Shown one piece after another: positions 63,775 to 64,000 of a stretch of DNA of 64,000 nt. The translations under genes and the position numbers were made by a program. The notes under the pieces were generated by a model. That model made no database searches. It was not told the origin of the DNA and saw nothing but the letters and a program-made list of their open reading frames with translations. Position 1 is the first letter of the stretch. The number at the start of each line of letters is the position of its first letter. Source of the DNA: Octopus sinensis (Eukaryota); contig NC_043014.1 of the NCBI RefSeq assembly GCF_006345805.1, positions 23,312,001 to 23,376,000 of the forward strand, read 5' to 3'.

Positions 63775-64000
63775 TATTGAGTCATCTCATAAATAATGCA
63801 GTTTTTTCAATTGCATGAACTAAAAGTTGGAGGGCAACACGATAAACTACCTGCATCAACTTGCTATAAAAGCAGGTAGTAGTGCAGGTATAGTGCAGGT
63901 CAATTTTAACAGTTATATTGTCAAAGCTATAATGGAAGTAACAAAGTAGCATATTCGGATTATTTTGCTTTATGAGTTCAATAAAGGCAACAATGCAATG
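63775..64000 (+). mobile_element. Mariner element, 5' end with inactivated transposase start
   Basis: TA + TTGAGTCATCTCATAAAT TIR-like start. ATG at 63932 gives MEVTK*HIRIILLYEFNKGNNA, resembling the mariner HTH N-terminus. Confidence 0.75.

Overview
Eukaryotic, AT- and microsatellite-rich DNA, almost all transposon-derived. The repeat families (tRNA-SINEs, RTE/CR1/R4 LINEs, Penelope-like elements, Helitrons) resemble those of an octopus or other cephalopod; this assignment is inference, not a database match. I can support only one host coding exon: a 285-nt, phase 1-1 Ig-domain exon at 17353-17637 (+), CDON/BOC/Ihog-like. The rest appears to be its introns. Main finds: (1) two type I hammerhead-ribozyme folds with long stem II and palindromic stem III, at 33289-33368 (+) and at 39358-39443 (-), the latter in the inverted terminal repeat of a Naiad-type Penelope element; (2) a modular SINE system in which different tRNA heads are paired with either a CR1-derived 3' stem-loop showing compensatory changes or an RTE-derived tail; (3) a PHD finger embedded inside the RTE reverse transcriptase; (4) an 81-bp CR1 patch inside a full-length RTE; (5) a foldback element with a perfect internal palindrome. 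Repeat boundaries were read by eye and are approximate unless tied to a quoted motif.
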